Source of the DNA: an uncultured Clostridia bacterium
GTDB taxonomy: Bacteria; Bacillota; Clostridia; TANB77; CAG-508
Assembly (NCBI GenBank): GCA_947626875.1
Contig: CANQTV010000004.1
Coordinates: 3,506-67,505 of the forward strand
Direction: 5' to 3'
Length of the DNA: 64,000 nucleotides
In this document: piece after piece, positions 29,460-39,218 of the stretch
Numbering within the stretch: the stretch's first letter is position 1
Layout of the letters: every line of letters begins with the position of its first letter
Notes under the pieces: model-generated
The model's input: the letters and a program-made list of their open reading frames with translations, nothing else
Database searches by the model: none
What the model was told of the DNA's origin: nothing
Position numbers and translations under genes: made by a program

Positions 29460-31034
29460 TTATTTATACCAGCCAGAAATATGATAAAATACATTATACC
29501 AATTTGGTGTGACATCACCTTTTAAACTTGAATTATATCCAACTGTAAATTTATTGTTATATAAACTAATATAAGGTACTTCTTCTTTATAAATTTCTGC
29601 TATTTTTTTATATCTTTCTTTTAATATATTTTCATCTGTTGTGTTTTTTACTTCTGCTAAAATATTATTTAATTCTTCGTTTGTATAGTTTGCTAAATTA
29701 TTTGCTCCTAAAAAAGTTTCTAAATTAGGGCTTGGTGATAAATTGATACTACATAACATCATATCATAATTTTTTGCATTCATGTTGTTATAATATTGTT
29801 CATCTCCTAGTTGTGCTATATTAACTCTTATTCCTTGTGCTGCTAATTGCGCTTGTATATTTTGTGCTACTAAAACTCTTGCAGAATCACTTGCTTTAAC
29901 TGAAAGATTTAGTTCTAATCTTTGTGTTTTTCGGTTTTCTGTTTTTTGCCAATGTTGACCTTTATAACTCCAGCCATTTTCAGTTAATATTTGTTTTGCT
30001 TGATCTGGATTATATCCTGCACTTGCTTCTTCTGCTTGATATAACCAGTTTCCATAATCTAATGGAAAGCTAGAAGCATAATATTGACTGTTAAATATAT
30101 TTGAAATAATATTTGTTTTGTCAATACAATATGATATTGCTTTTCTTACTTCTTTTTTTGAAAGAAGTGGATTTTGTGTATTTATTGCAATAAAATCATG
30201 TTCTCTTCCTTTTGTTTCTTTTTTGGCATATCCAATTGTTCCTATATATTCTTGCAAATTGCTATTTTGTGTATCAATTACATCAATATTTCCCATTTTG
30301 AAACTATTATATAGTTCTCCTAGAGATGAATAAAGATTAACTGTTATTTTTGTTAATGTTAAATTTGTTTTTGTGTTCCACCAATTGTTGTTTGGCTGTA
30401 ATGTTAAGTGTGTTGACTGCACATCTGTATATTGATACATTCCTGTTCCTACTGGGACAATGCCTTCTGAAAATTCAATATCTTGATAAAACTGACTTGA
30501 AAGAATTGGAAATGTCAAATTGTATTCAAAAAATGGAATTTCTTTATCTAAATATATTTTTAATGTATAATCATCTGTAATTTCTATATTTGATATATTT
30601 TGTACATTAGATGAATAAATTGAGTCAATATTTTTTAGTGTTTCAATTGTAAATTTAACATCATCTGCTACAAATTTTTCCCCATTTGACCATCTTACAT
30701 TATCTTTTAATCTAATAATATATGTTGTTTCATTTTGTTTTGCCCACTCTTCTGCAAGGCAAGGTTGTGCTTTATAGTCTTCTGTTAATTCAATAAGTGG
30801 TTCATAAATAAGCCTAGATATATCTTGCACATTTTTATTTTTACTAAGGATTGGATTTGTAGTGTCTAATGATGCTATTCCTAATGTGATTTCTGTTATT
30901 TTTTTCTCTTCTACATTTACTTGTGTTTGTTGCTCTTCTTGTTGTTTTTCTTCTGTTTTTATTTTGTAAATAGCAAAAATCATAATTCCAACTACAAATA
31001 CGGCAAATACATATTTAAAAAAGTTAGATTTCAT
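29460..31034 (-). CDS. ABC transporter substrate-binding lipoprotein or anchored protein, family 5 (OppA/DppA/NikA-like). Orphan, with no permease neighbours.
   Basis: SBP_bac_5-like blocks. N-terminal TM/signal. Confidence 0.65.
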   Translation of the reverse strand: MKSNFFKYVFAVFVVGIMIFAIYKIKTEEKQQEEQQTQVNVEEKKITEITLGIASLDTTNPILSKNKNVQDISRLIYEPLIELTEDYKAQPCLAEEWAKQNETTYIIRLKDNVRWSNGEKFVADDVKFTIETLKNIDSIYSSNVQNISNIEITDDYTLKIYLDKEIPFFEYNLTFPILSSQFYQDIEFSEGIVPVGTGMYQYTDVQSTHLTLQPNNNWWNTKTNLTLTKITVNLYSSLGELYNSFKMGNIDVIDTQNSNLQEYIGTIGYAKKETKGREHDFIAINTQNPLLSKKEVRKAISYCIDKTNIISNIFNSQYYASSFPLDYGNWLYQAEEASAGYNPDQAKQILTENGWSYKGQHWQKTENRKTQRLELNLSVKASDSARVLVAQNIQAQLAAQGIRVNIAQLGDEQYYNNMNAKNYDMMLCSINLSPSPNLETFLGANNLANYTNEELNNILAEVKNTTDENILKERYKKIAEIYKEEVPYISLYNNKFTVGYNSSLKGDVTPNWYNVFYHISGWYK

Positions 31035-31298
31035 CTAAATTTTTCACCTCTATCTTCTCGGTCTAATCATATATTATATTGACAAAATTTTCAAGTTTTT
31101 ATTACATTATTTTTTAAATTTTTGCTCATACTACTTATGGTGAATGTTAAAAAATAATTACAATTTTGACTGTGTCAACTTTCATTAAAAACGCGGTTAC
31201 ATACAAAAAGTATGCGTCCTTGCCTTTTTAATAAAAGTTTCCTTGTCAAAATTTAATTCTTTTTTAACTCAAATCCTTTAGGAAGGAATGAAGCTAAA

Positions 31299-31949
31299 AT
31301 GAAAGTTGCAAATAATAATGGTAAATATATTCTGGGTATTATTGTCTTAATTGTTATTATTGGTTCTATTTTTTTCTTTTTTAATCGTAATACGAATAAT
31401 GATGATAATCCTTCATATGATGCAGAAAAAACGAGTTCAACTGATGATTCAAATGTAAATGAACAACAAAATACTACTCCTGATCAGCCATCAGTAAGAG
31501 AGCTTTCTTCTTTTGCTACTAAGATTTATACAAAAGAAAGTGGAAGACAGCATAATATGGAATTAACTGCATCTCGTTTAACAAACCATACTATTAAAAA
31601 AGGTGAGACTTTTTCTTTTTGTCAGTTTTTAGGTCCTTCATCTAGTCAAAAAGGTTATCAAAAGGCTGATATTTTCGATAATCAGGGAAATAAAAAGAAA
31701 GGTATTGGTGGTGGAAATTGTCAAATTAGTTCTACTTTATATAATGCTGTTTTAGCTGTTCCAAATTTAACTGTAGTTGAAAGACATGCTCACAGTAATT
31801 ATGTGCCATATGTTCAAAAAGGAAAAGATGCTGCTGTGGCTTATGGTAGTTATGATTTAAAATTTCGAAATGATACTGGTAAGGATATTAAGTTGAACTT
31901 TAAAGTTACATCAGATTTAGTAAGTTGTACTATTCTTCAAATAGATTAA
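31299..31949 (+). CDS. VanW-like family protein, membrane anchored
   Basis: The C-terminal 130 aa resemble the VanW domain (GGGNCQISSTLYNAV...). Confidence 0.5.
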   Translation: MKVANNNGKYILGIIVLIVIIGSIFFFFNRNTNNDDNPSYDAEKTSSTDDSNVNEQQNTTPDQPSVRELSSFATKIYTKESGRQHNMELTASRLTNHTIKKGETFSFCQFLGPSSSQKGYQKADIFDNQGNKKKGIGGGNCQISSTLYNAVLAVPNLTVVERHAHSNYVPYVQKGKDAAVAYGSYDLKFRNDTGKDIKLNFKVTSDLVSCTILQID

Positions 31950-31994
31950 TTTCATATTTTTTGCTTTTTCACATAAATTGGTATTGGTGATATT

Positions 31995-33464
31995 GTGAGA
32001 AAAGCAAAAATCTTTATCATAAATGGTTTTATTCTAACAGTTAGTTCACTCATTATGCGTGGTGTAGGACTTATTTTTAATATATATGTAGCAAATCAAG
32101 TTGGTCAAGAAGCAATTGGTATATTTAGTTTGGTTATGTCTGTTTATTTATTTGCTATTACCTTTGCTTCTTCTGGTATTGGTCTTGCTTGTACTTGTAT
32201 TGTTTCTGAAGAAATTGAAAAAAATGATTTTGCAAGTGGTTTAAAGGCTGTTAGGACATGTATGTTTTTCTCCCTTATTCTTGGCTTATCTAGTTCAATT
32301 CTTTTATTTATGTTTTCCCCTATTATTTCTGATGTATGGTTACAGGGAAGTGTTTCAAAAATGCCTATTTACACTATCTGCCTTGGGCTTCCACTAATTA
32401 GTATTTCTAGTGTAATAGATGGCTATTTTTCAAGTACTGGAAAGTCTTTTAAAATTGCTATTTCAGATTTTTTTGAATTGTCTATAAAGATAATTTCTAC
32501 TATTTTTTTATTAAAATATACTGTAAATGAAGGAATTGATGCTATTTGCTGTAGTCTCATTTTGGGAGATGTTATTTCTGAGTTTTTCTCATTTTTATTA
32601 AATATTTTATTATTTTATTTTGATAGAAAAAAGATGTCTAAAAAGCGTAGCTATGTTAAAAATATGGGAAAACGTATTTTGAAAATTTCTTTTCCTGTTG
32701 CAATCACTTCATATATTCGCTCTGGCTTATCTTCTTTAAAGCAGTTTTTAATTCCAATGCGTTTACAAATATCTGGTCTTAATTATTCTTTAGCAATATC
32801 AAAATATGGATTGATTACAGGTATGGCAATGCCTATTTTGATGTTTGCTAGTTTTTTTATTAATTCTTTTAGTGCTCTTTTAGTTCCTGAATATGCAAGA
32901 CTTTTGGCTGGGAAAAATTTTAATCGAATGAAAACTGTTTGTGACAAAATTTTTAATATTACTTTTATATTTTCTTTTTTAGTAGCTGCTATTTTTTTAT
33001 TTTTTGCTAATGAAGTTAGTTTAATGGTTTATCAGAATTTGGATGTAGCTCTATATCTCCGCCTTTTAGCACCTTTGGTAATCTTTATGTATATTGATAA
33101 TGTTATTGATAATATGTTAAAAGGTATGCAGGCACAATTTCATGTGATGTGTGTTAATATTTGTGATTTATTGATAACAATTTCTATTATTTATTTTGTT
33201 GTTCCAGTGCTTGGTGTAAATGGTTATCTTGTTAGTATTATTGTTAGTGAAATTTTTAATTTTACAGTAAGTTTTTTATTGCTAAAGAAAAAATTAAATC
33301 TTCATTTTGATTTTTGGCATTTTTGTGTAAAACCTTTTTTGATTGTTATATTGGCATTTTTCTTTTGCTCTTTTATTCCAATTCAAAATGAAAATTTTTA
33401 CATATATGCAATTTTAAAAATTTGTTGTTTTATTTCTTTCTATATTGTTCTAATTTTTCGCTAA
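31995..33464 (+). CDS. spoVB: Stage V sporulation protein B / MOP-superfamily polysaccharide flippase
   Basis: 14-TM protein. N-terminus GFILTVSSLIMRGVGLIFNIYVANQVGQEAIGIF resembles SpoVB/MurJ-like. GTG start. Confidence 0.65.
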   Translation: MRKAKIFIINGFILTVSSLIMRGVGLIFNIYVANQVGQEAIGIFSLVMSVYLFAITFASSGIGLACTCIVSEEIEKNDFASGLKAVRTCMFFSLILGLSSSILLFMFSPIISDVWLQGSVSKMPIYTICLGLPLISISSVIDGYFSSTGKSFKIAISDFFELSIKIISTIFLLKYTVNEGIDAICCSLILGDVISEFFSFLLNILLFYFDRKKMSKKRSYVKNMGKRILKISFPVAITSYIRSGLSSLKQFLIPMRLQISGLNYSLAISKYGLITGMAMPILMFASFFINSFSALLVPEYARLLAGKNFNRMKTVCDKIFNITFIFSFLVAAIFLFFANEVSLMVYQNLDVALYLRLLAPLVIFMYIDNVIDNMLKGMQAQFHVMCVNICDLLITISIIYFVVPVLGVNGYLVSIIVSEIFNFTVSFLLLKKKLNLHFDFWHFCVKPFLIVILAFFFCSFIPIQNENFYIYAILKICCFISFYIVLIFR

Positions 33465-33466
33465 GA

Positions 33467-33592
33467 GGGAATTAGGGACGCCCTTTTTTTCCCTATGCTA
33501 TTTTTCCCTCTTTGTAAAAAAATAAATATTTTTATAATAATAAACAAAGAGGGAAAAATAGCATAGGGAAAAAAAGGGCGTCCCCAATTCCC
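33467..33592. repeat. Palindromic intergenic repeat, copy E (single perfect hairpin plus loop)
   Basis: It fills the gap from the spoVB stop (33464) to the convergent gene's stop (33593). Confidence 0.9.
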
Positions 33593-34327
33593 TTAAAGAT
33601 TTTCTTGTAGTATTTTTTTGATACAATTATCAAATATTGATTGTATTTCTTCTGGTGAAAAAATTTGATATTCTGTAGTATCTAGTTCAATTGATTTTTT
33701 TAAGCTTGATACTTCTTCTAGATATTTAATTGTTTCTAAAATATCTTGTTTTTCAAGTGTTAACCATGGAATGTCTTTTGCATATTCCAGCATTTTTTCA
33801 TCATATTCTGGAATATCTGCTAGATGTTTTTCATATATGTGTTTTGAAAATATTTTGAAATCATTTGTTTTTATTTTTCTTAGATTGTCTTTTGGTGCTA
33901 TAATTTGTTTTCCATTTCTTAATTGTAAACCAATTAAAAATTTATCTTCATTAAAAATGCCTTTTCCTCCATATGTTACGTTATTCCAAAATGTATCTGT
34001 GATAATATGTGTATAATATCCTAATATCAATGGATTGTTGAATTGTTTATGATATTTATCATAAAATCCTTGTATATCATGCCTATGTTCTTTATGATTG
34101 TTAATTTGTACCTCAACTGCGAAATGTGTTTTATTATGTGATACTTGATGTGATATGTTTTTTACTACATATCCATTTAAAATATCTGGTAATATATTTC
34201 CTAGTAAAAAAATATTTTTATCTTGAGAATTTATATTTAATTTTTTATTTAATTGTGTTGCTGTTGCTAAGTGTATTGCCCATGCTGGCATGGAAGCACC
34301 TCCTCTTTTTTCTTCATCATACATCAA
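33593..34327 (-). CDS. Zinc-dependent phospholipase C-like family protein
   Basis: N-terminal WAIHLATA...H motifs. About 240 aa. Confidence 0.4.
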   Translation of the reverse strand: MMYDEEKRGGASMPAWAIHLATATQLNKKLNINSQDKNIFLLGNILPDILNGYVVKNISHQVSHNKTHFAVEVQINNHKEHRHDIQGFYDKYHKQFNNPLILGYYTHIITDTFWNNVTYGGKGIFNEDKFLIGLQLRNGKQIIAPKDNLRKIKTNDFKIFSKHIYEKHLADIPEYDEKMLEYAKDIPWLTLEKQDILETIKYLEEVSSLKKSIELDTTEYQIFSPEEIQSIFDNCIKKILQENL

Positions 34328-34402
34328 TTTCCTTAAATTGTAAAGTTATTTTTTGCTTAATCCTACATATATTTTAGTAATATAATCTTTAAGGAGGGTG
34401 TT

Positions 34403-34857
34403 ATGAAATTCCAAAAATATATTTCAAAAACATTGATTTTTCTTATTTCTTATATTTTGTTGTTTCCTTTTTTTAGTTTTGCTGTTAATGATAGTAGTTA
34501 TATTTGGTCTGTGGCTAATCCTTCTATTGCTACAAGTAGCGAGCCTGTAACACAAAATTCCGATGATAATAGTTTGAATTTAGAAAGTGGTTCTGCTATT
34601 TTGATTGAACAGCGTACAGGTCAAGTATTATATAATCATAATGCACATGAACAATTGCGTCCTGCTTCTGTTACAAAGGTTATGAGCATTTTGCTAATCA
34701 TGGAAGCTATTTCTAATCAGAAAATTGCATTAACTGATAGTGTTCCTTGTTCTGAAAATGCCGCTTCTATGGGTGGTTCTCAAATTTGGCTTGATCCAAG
34801 AGAAACATTAACAGTAGATGAAATGTTAAAAGCAATTTGTGTTAATTCCGCCAATGA
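34403..34857 (+). CDS. dacB: 5' portion of the sporulation-type D-alanyl-D-alanine carboxypeptidase (PBP5*, S11), interrupted after the SAND (SxN) motif
   Basis: Signal peptide, SVTK (SxxK), then ...CVNSAND. The ORF then runs into element DNA and stops 5 codons later. Confidence 0.8.
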
Positions 34858-34916
34858 TTACAATGTACAAAAATGACACAAAAATTTTGATTTTAAAAAA
34901 TTGAAAATTTACTTTT

Positions 34917-36476
34917 TCAATTTTTTATTTTTTTAACTTCTGAAAAGTTGAAATAAATATATACTTCTTTTTTTAATACTTCTATTTTTTTTATCAATTC
35001 TTTAACTTCAAAATTTCTAAAGTCACTTTTTTCTAATTTGCTTATTTTCTTTAATAAGTTTTTCTTTTGACTTAAAGTGTTTAATTTATTATCTTCCATC
35101 TTTTTTTCTGTTTGAGATATTTTTTCTGTAATACTTTTTCTTTGTTCAGTTAGAGCGTTATATCTATTTTTATATTCATCTTCATTTATACTTTCAGATA
35201 GTCTTTGATTATATAATGATGTAATCTTAAAATTTATTTTTCTTAAATTTATTTTTAATATTTCTAAATCAGCAATTTGTCTTTTTGTAATATTCTCTAC
35301 ATACTTTTGATATGCACTGTTTTTTAATTTTGTACTTTTAAAATATTCTTTATATATTTTTATAATAAATTTAATGATTTTGTCTTCTATATGTTTATAA
35401 TTTATTTTACAATTATTTGGGCATAGCTTTGAATTTTCACTATGATTTCTACAATAAATATATACTTTTTCTCTTTCTTTTCTAAAAATAAGTTTTTTGC
35501 CACAACTTTTACAATAAATAAAGTCTTTAAATAGATAATTTGTTTCCTCATGTTTTCGTCTTGTCCCATATTTATTTGTATTATGTACATTGTTAAAAGT
35601 TTCTTCTGATATAATAGGTTCATGGGTATTTGGTATCATAATAAATTCATTTCTCTTAACATATATTCTATCTTTTGATTTATAGCTTATGTTTTGAGTT
35701 TTTCCTCTAATACAATGTCCCAGATATACTTTATTACTTAAAATTCTTGTGACAGAACTTTTTCGCCAGATTTCTTTATTTTTTACCTTTTCCAATCCTT
35801 TTATATTTAGATATTCTGCTGGTGTTTTGTAATGGTTCTTATCAAGATATTTAACTATTTGTGGAGTTGTATATCCTTTTTCTTTTAATTCAAAAATTTT
35901 TTTTACTGTTTTACTACTTTCTTTATCAATGATTAACTTTCCTGCATTATTTGGATCTTTTTTATATCCAAATGGTGCCGTATTACATGCATAAAATCCT
36001 TCTTGCATCTTTTTTCTCTTGGTTTTTTTTATAGCTATAGATGTATCTTTACAATATTTTTCATTGAATACTGATTTAATTGGAATAAAATCATTGCTTA
36101 TATTATCATTAAAATTATCAACTTTATCAAAAATAGCTATGTATCTAACACTATGGTCTGGAAAATACTTTTCTATATATGTACCTGTTTCAATATAATT
36201 TCTTCCTAATCTGGCTAAATTTTTTGTGATAACCATATTAACTTTTTTATTCTCTATATCTTTTATCATTATTTTAAAAGCAGGCCTATCAAAATTTGCT
36301 CCAGTATATCCATCATCAACATATTCATTATATAATTTCATATCTGGATGTTTATCAATATATTCTTTTATTATTTTCCTCTGGTTTGTTATACTTTCAC
36401 TTTCAATATTATCTCCATCATCTTTACTTAACCTTAAATACATTGCAACATTATAAATAACTTGCTTATTTGACAT
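34917..36476 (-). CDS. Large serine recombinase (resolvase catalytic domain, recombinase domain, zinc ribbon, coiled coil), downstream paralog
   Basis: YLRLSKDDGD...ESITNQ (catalytic Ser), VDDGYTGANFDRP, VITKNLARLGRN, Cys-rich zinc ribbon (CKSCGKKL...C), C-terminal coiled coil. Confidence 0.85.
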   Translation of the reverse strand: MSNKQVIYNVAMYLRLSKDDGDNIESESITNQRKIIKEYIDKHPDMKLYNEYVDDGYTGANFDRPAFKIMIKDIENKKVNMVITKNLARLGRNYIETGTYIEKYFPDHSVRYIAIFDKVDNFNDNISNDFIPIKSVFNEKYCKDTSIAIKKTKRKKMQEGFYACNTAPFGYKKDPNNAGKLIIDKESSKTVKKIFELKEKGYTTPQIVKYLDKNHYKTPAEYLNIKGLEKVKNKEIWRKSSVTRILSNKVYLGHCIRGKTQNISYKSKDRIYVKRNEFIMIPNTHEPIISEETFNNVHNTNKYGTRRKHEETNYLFKDFIYCKSCGKKLIFRKEREKVYIYCRNHSENSKLCPNNCKINYKHIEDKIIKFIIKIYKEYFKSTKLKNSAYQKYVENITKRQIADLEILKINLRKINFKITSLYNQRLSESINEDEYKNRYNALTEQRKSITEKISQTEKKMEDNKLNTLSQKKNLLKKISKLEKSDFRNFEVKELIKKIEVLKKEVYIYFNFSEVKKIKN

Positions 36477-38097
36477 CAGATTTTCTCCCTATACAGTTCA
36501 TTTCATAAAAATTAAAATATATTACTGCATGATTGTTTTTATCAACTTCAATTCGGTTTATTAATTGATTTATTATTTCCTTTGTATATTCTTTATCTTT
36601 AAGAATTTTTTTGATGATTTTTTGCATATTTGTTTTTATTCTGTTATTAATTATGTCTTCTTGAAAGCTGTCTAATTCTTTTCTAGTTTCCTTTAAAACT
36701 TTTTCTATTCTATGTCTTTTACTAATCAGGTTCTCTGAAAATAATTTGAAATCTTGTTCTTCAAGTAATCCACTTAATTTATCATCATATAATATCGTTA
36801 TTTTATTATTTACTCTTTCTAAGTCTTTTTCTAATTTTTCTATCTTTTCTAAAATATTTCCTTTATTTTTTTGTGATTGGAGTATCTTTTTTAAAGCATC
36901 TTCATATTTAAATGCATCTTTTGAATTCATGTATATTTCTAAAACCTCTGCTATTTTAGATATGGCCTTCTTTTCAAAAGCATTATAATTTATGTATCTG
37001 CTATAACATGGTTTATTCGTATATTTTTTTGTTGCTGTGTCACATAAAATATATCTTCTTGTTACATCTCCATATTTATTATGATCTACTTTAGTCCTAA
37101 TAGTTAGCTTATTATTGCAATGAGCACAATATAGTAATCCTTTAAATATAACATCTGTTTCTCTTATTTTTGCATTTTTATGATTTTTTAGCATTTCTTG
37201 GACTATATCCCACTTTTCTTTACTTATAATAGGCGGATGATGATTTTTTATTATGCTGTATTCTTCTTTTGGTAAACTAATTATTTTTTTGCTTTTATAA
37301 CTTATTTTTTTAGTTTTATTTTGAACACAATTTCCAATATATATTTGATTTTCTAATATTCTTCTTATTGTATTGTGATTCCACTTATTGGTTGTATTAG
37401 TTATATTGTTGACAACACAAGTCATTTTCATTTGTACTCCAGGTGTTTCAATATTACTATCTGTTAATATTCTTGCAATTTGATATGTACCATATCCTTT
37501 AATAAATAAATCAAATATCTTTTTAACAATTTCTGCTTGTACCTCATCAATTTCTAAGTTTCCAGATTTACTTACTTTCTTATATCCGAATGGTGCATAA
37601 GAAGTATAATAAAATCCTTCTAATTTTTTTCTATTTTTTGTTTTTTTTATGTTTTTAGATGTTTCTTTTGCATAGTAGTCATTCATTATATTTTTAAATG
37701 CAACTGTGTCACAATTTTTATCTAAAAAAGTATCAACATCATCTAAAATTGCAATATATCTTACTTCTTTTTCTGGGAAAAATGTTTCAATATATCTACC
37801 AGTTTCAATATAATCTCTTCCTAGTCTTGATAAACTTTTTGTAATAACCATATTGACCTTTTTATTTTCTATATCGTTTATCATTCTTTTAAAATTAGGT
37901 CTATTGAAGTTTGTTCCCGTATAACCATCATCAACATACTCATCATATATTTTATAGTTATTTTCCTTTGTATAAGCTTTTAAGATTTTTCTTTGATTTA
38001 CAATACTCTCACTTTCTTCTCTATCTCCATCTTCTTTACTTAATCGAATATAAATTGCAGCTTTGTATTCTTGATTATTTACATTTTTGATGTTCAA
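36466..38097 (-). CDS. Large serine recombinase, upstream paralog. About 65% aa identity to the neighbour in the catalytic domain. It overlaps the neighbour by 11 bp.
   Basis: IYIRLSKEDGD...ESIVNQRK, VDDGYTGTNFNRP, VITKSLSRLGRD, zinc ribbon CAHCNNKL...C. Confidence 0.85.
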   Translation of the reverse strand: MNIKNVNNQEYKAAIYIRLSKEDGDREESESIVNQRKILKAYTKENNYKIYDEYVDDGYTGTNFNRPNFKRMINDIENKKVNMVITKSLSRLGRDYIETGRYIETFFPEKEVRYIAILDDVDTFLDKNCDTVAFKNIMNDYYAKETSKNIKKTKNRKKLEGFYYTSYAPFGYKKVSKSGNLEIDEVQAEIVKKIFDLFIKGYGTYQIARILTDSNIETPGVQMKMTCVVNNITNTTNKWNHNTIRRILENQIYIGNCVQNKTKKISYKSKKIISLPKEEYSIIKNHHPPIISKEKWDIVQEMLKNHKNAKIRETDVIFKGLLYCAHCNNKLTIRTKVDHNKYGDVTRRYILCDTATKKYTNKPCYSRYINYNAFEKKAISKIAEVLEIYMNSKDAFKYEDALKKILQSQKNKGNILEKIEKLEKDLERVNNKITILYDDKLSGLLEEQDFKLFSENLISKRHRIEKVLKETRKELDSFQEDIINNRIKTNMQKIIKKILKDKEYTKEIINQLINRIEVDKNNHAVIYFNFYEMNCIGRKSDVK

Positions 38098-38103
38098 AAC
38101 AGC

Positions 38104-38259
38104 CTCCTAACTATTTTCTAGTTTACTAATTAAAATTTTTTCCATTATATTTTGAAAACTATCTCCATTTTTATTAAAAGCGATAGAAAATTCTATATTA
38201 TCATTTTTTTTTGATTTTTGTTCTTTTGTGCAATTTTTATCTGAAATATCGTTTTTCAT
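38104..38259 (-). CDS. Tiny ORF (51 aa) immediately upstream of the recombinase pair. Candidate recombination directionality factor or regulator.
   Basis: RBS AGAGGTG 8 nt before the ATG. No recognisable domain. Confidence 0.2.
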
Positions 38260-38508
38260 TTTAAAGCACCTCTATCTAATAATTATGTATAAAGCTATCA
38301 TTTATTCATCTGATTTTCATTTATTTTTTCTTACAAAAAAGGTCTTTTTTACATAATGTTGTTTTTCTCCCTAAAATATGTTATAATTATTATAGGAAAT
38401 AGAAAATAGCAAACCAAATGAAAATTTGGGACGCAAAGCCATAGGTCTAAAAGAAGGAATTCTCATGATAGCTCGGTTGCCTAATTCATTTTTATGGAGG
38501 TGATCCTT

Positions 38509-39117
38509 ATGAGATTTTTCAAAAAAATTTTAGTGTTTATGTTATTGATAATGATGCTAACTATGTCTTTTGGTAGTGTTCAAGCTATGAGTAATAATGC
38601 AAAAAGACTTAAAAATGCTCTTCATTCTATGTCTGATTATATATATAATGCTCGAAATAAAAATGCATGGAAATGGACTTATTCACAATCAGGACAAGCT
38701 GATACATTTGAAAAAGCCAAAAAAACAAATAATCGAGTTATGGACTGTGCTAGATTTTTAAGTTGGGGATTAATTAAAATAGGTGTATTTAAACCTGGTC
38801 AAAAGTTCTATAAAAAAGAAAATGGCAACATAACCTATAATTCTCTTGATGCACAAAAAAGAATGCATAAATATGCAATTGTAAAAAATATAGAAAGTAA
38901 GAATTTAACAGTAAAGCAGGCTATACATAGAGGCTTAATTAAAGCTGGTGATATTATTTGCTATAATTCACATGTTAATTTATATGCTGGAAACTCATAC
39001 TTTTATGATGGTGGATCTACTTTTACAAAAAATGGAAAATATAAATCTATTTTATATGGTAAAATTAGTAAATATATGAATTCAGAAAAAGTAACACGTG
39101 TTATAAGATTAAAATAA
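38509..39117 (+). CDS. Secreted protein with putative papain-like (NlpC/P60- or CHAP-like) Cys...His active site. Cargo of the element.
   Basis: RBS GGAGGTG. Signal peptide MRFFKKILVFMLLIMMLTMSFGSVQA. DCARF (Cys) ... CYNSHVNLYAG (His). Confidence 0.35.
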   Translation: MRFFKKILVFMLLIMMLTMSFGSVQAMSNNAKRLKNALHSMSDYIYNARNKNAWKWTYSQSGQADTFEKAKKTNNRVMDCARFLSWGLIKIGVFKPGQKFYKKENGNITYNSLDAQKRMHKYAIVKNIESKNLTVKQAIHRGLIKAGDIICYNSHVNLYAGNSYFYDGGSTFTKNGKYKSILYGKISKYMNSEKVTRVIRLK

Positions 39118-39130
39118 TAAATACCATAAA

Positions 39131-39162
39131 AGAAGTTGCTAATTTATTAGTAACTTCTTTTT
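39131..39162. terminator. Terminator hairpin AAAGAAGTTGCTAAtttattAGTAACTTCTTT followed by a T-run
   Basis: Read directly, after the cargo gene. Confidence 0.6.
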
Positions 39163-39218
39163 TTATTAAAAAATCATTCACCAAAATACTTTTTACTTGT
39201 GTATATATTGTACATTAT

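Larger units (their letters stand above)
34858..39218. mobile_element. 4.36-kb integrated element splitting dacB. Contents: tandem large serine recombinases, a tiny ORF, a secreted peptidase and a terminator. Ends TTACAATGTACAAAAATGACAC / GTGTATATATTGTACATTATAT are imperfect inverted repeats flanking a shared ATGA core.
   Basis: Joining the flanks at the ATGA core gives GCC AAT GAC TGT GTT GTT GCC ATG, that is ...SANDCVVAMSEFIAGS..., an intact in-frame S11 carboxypeptidase. Confidence 0.8.
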
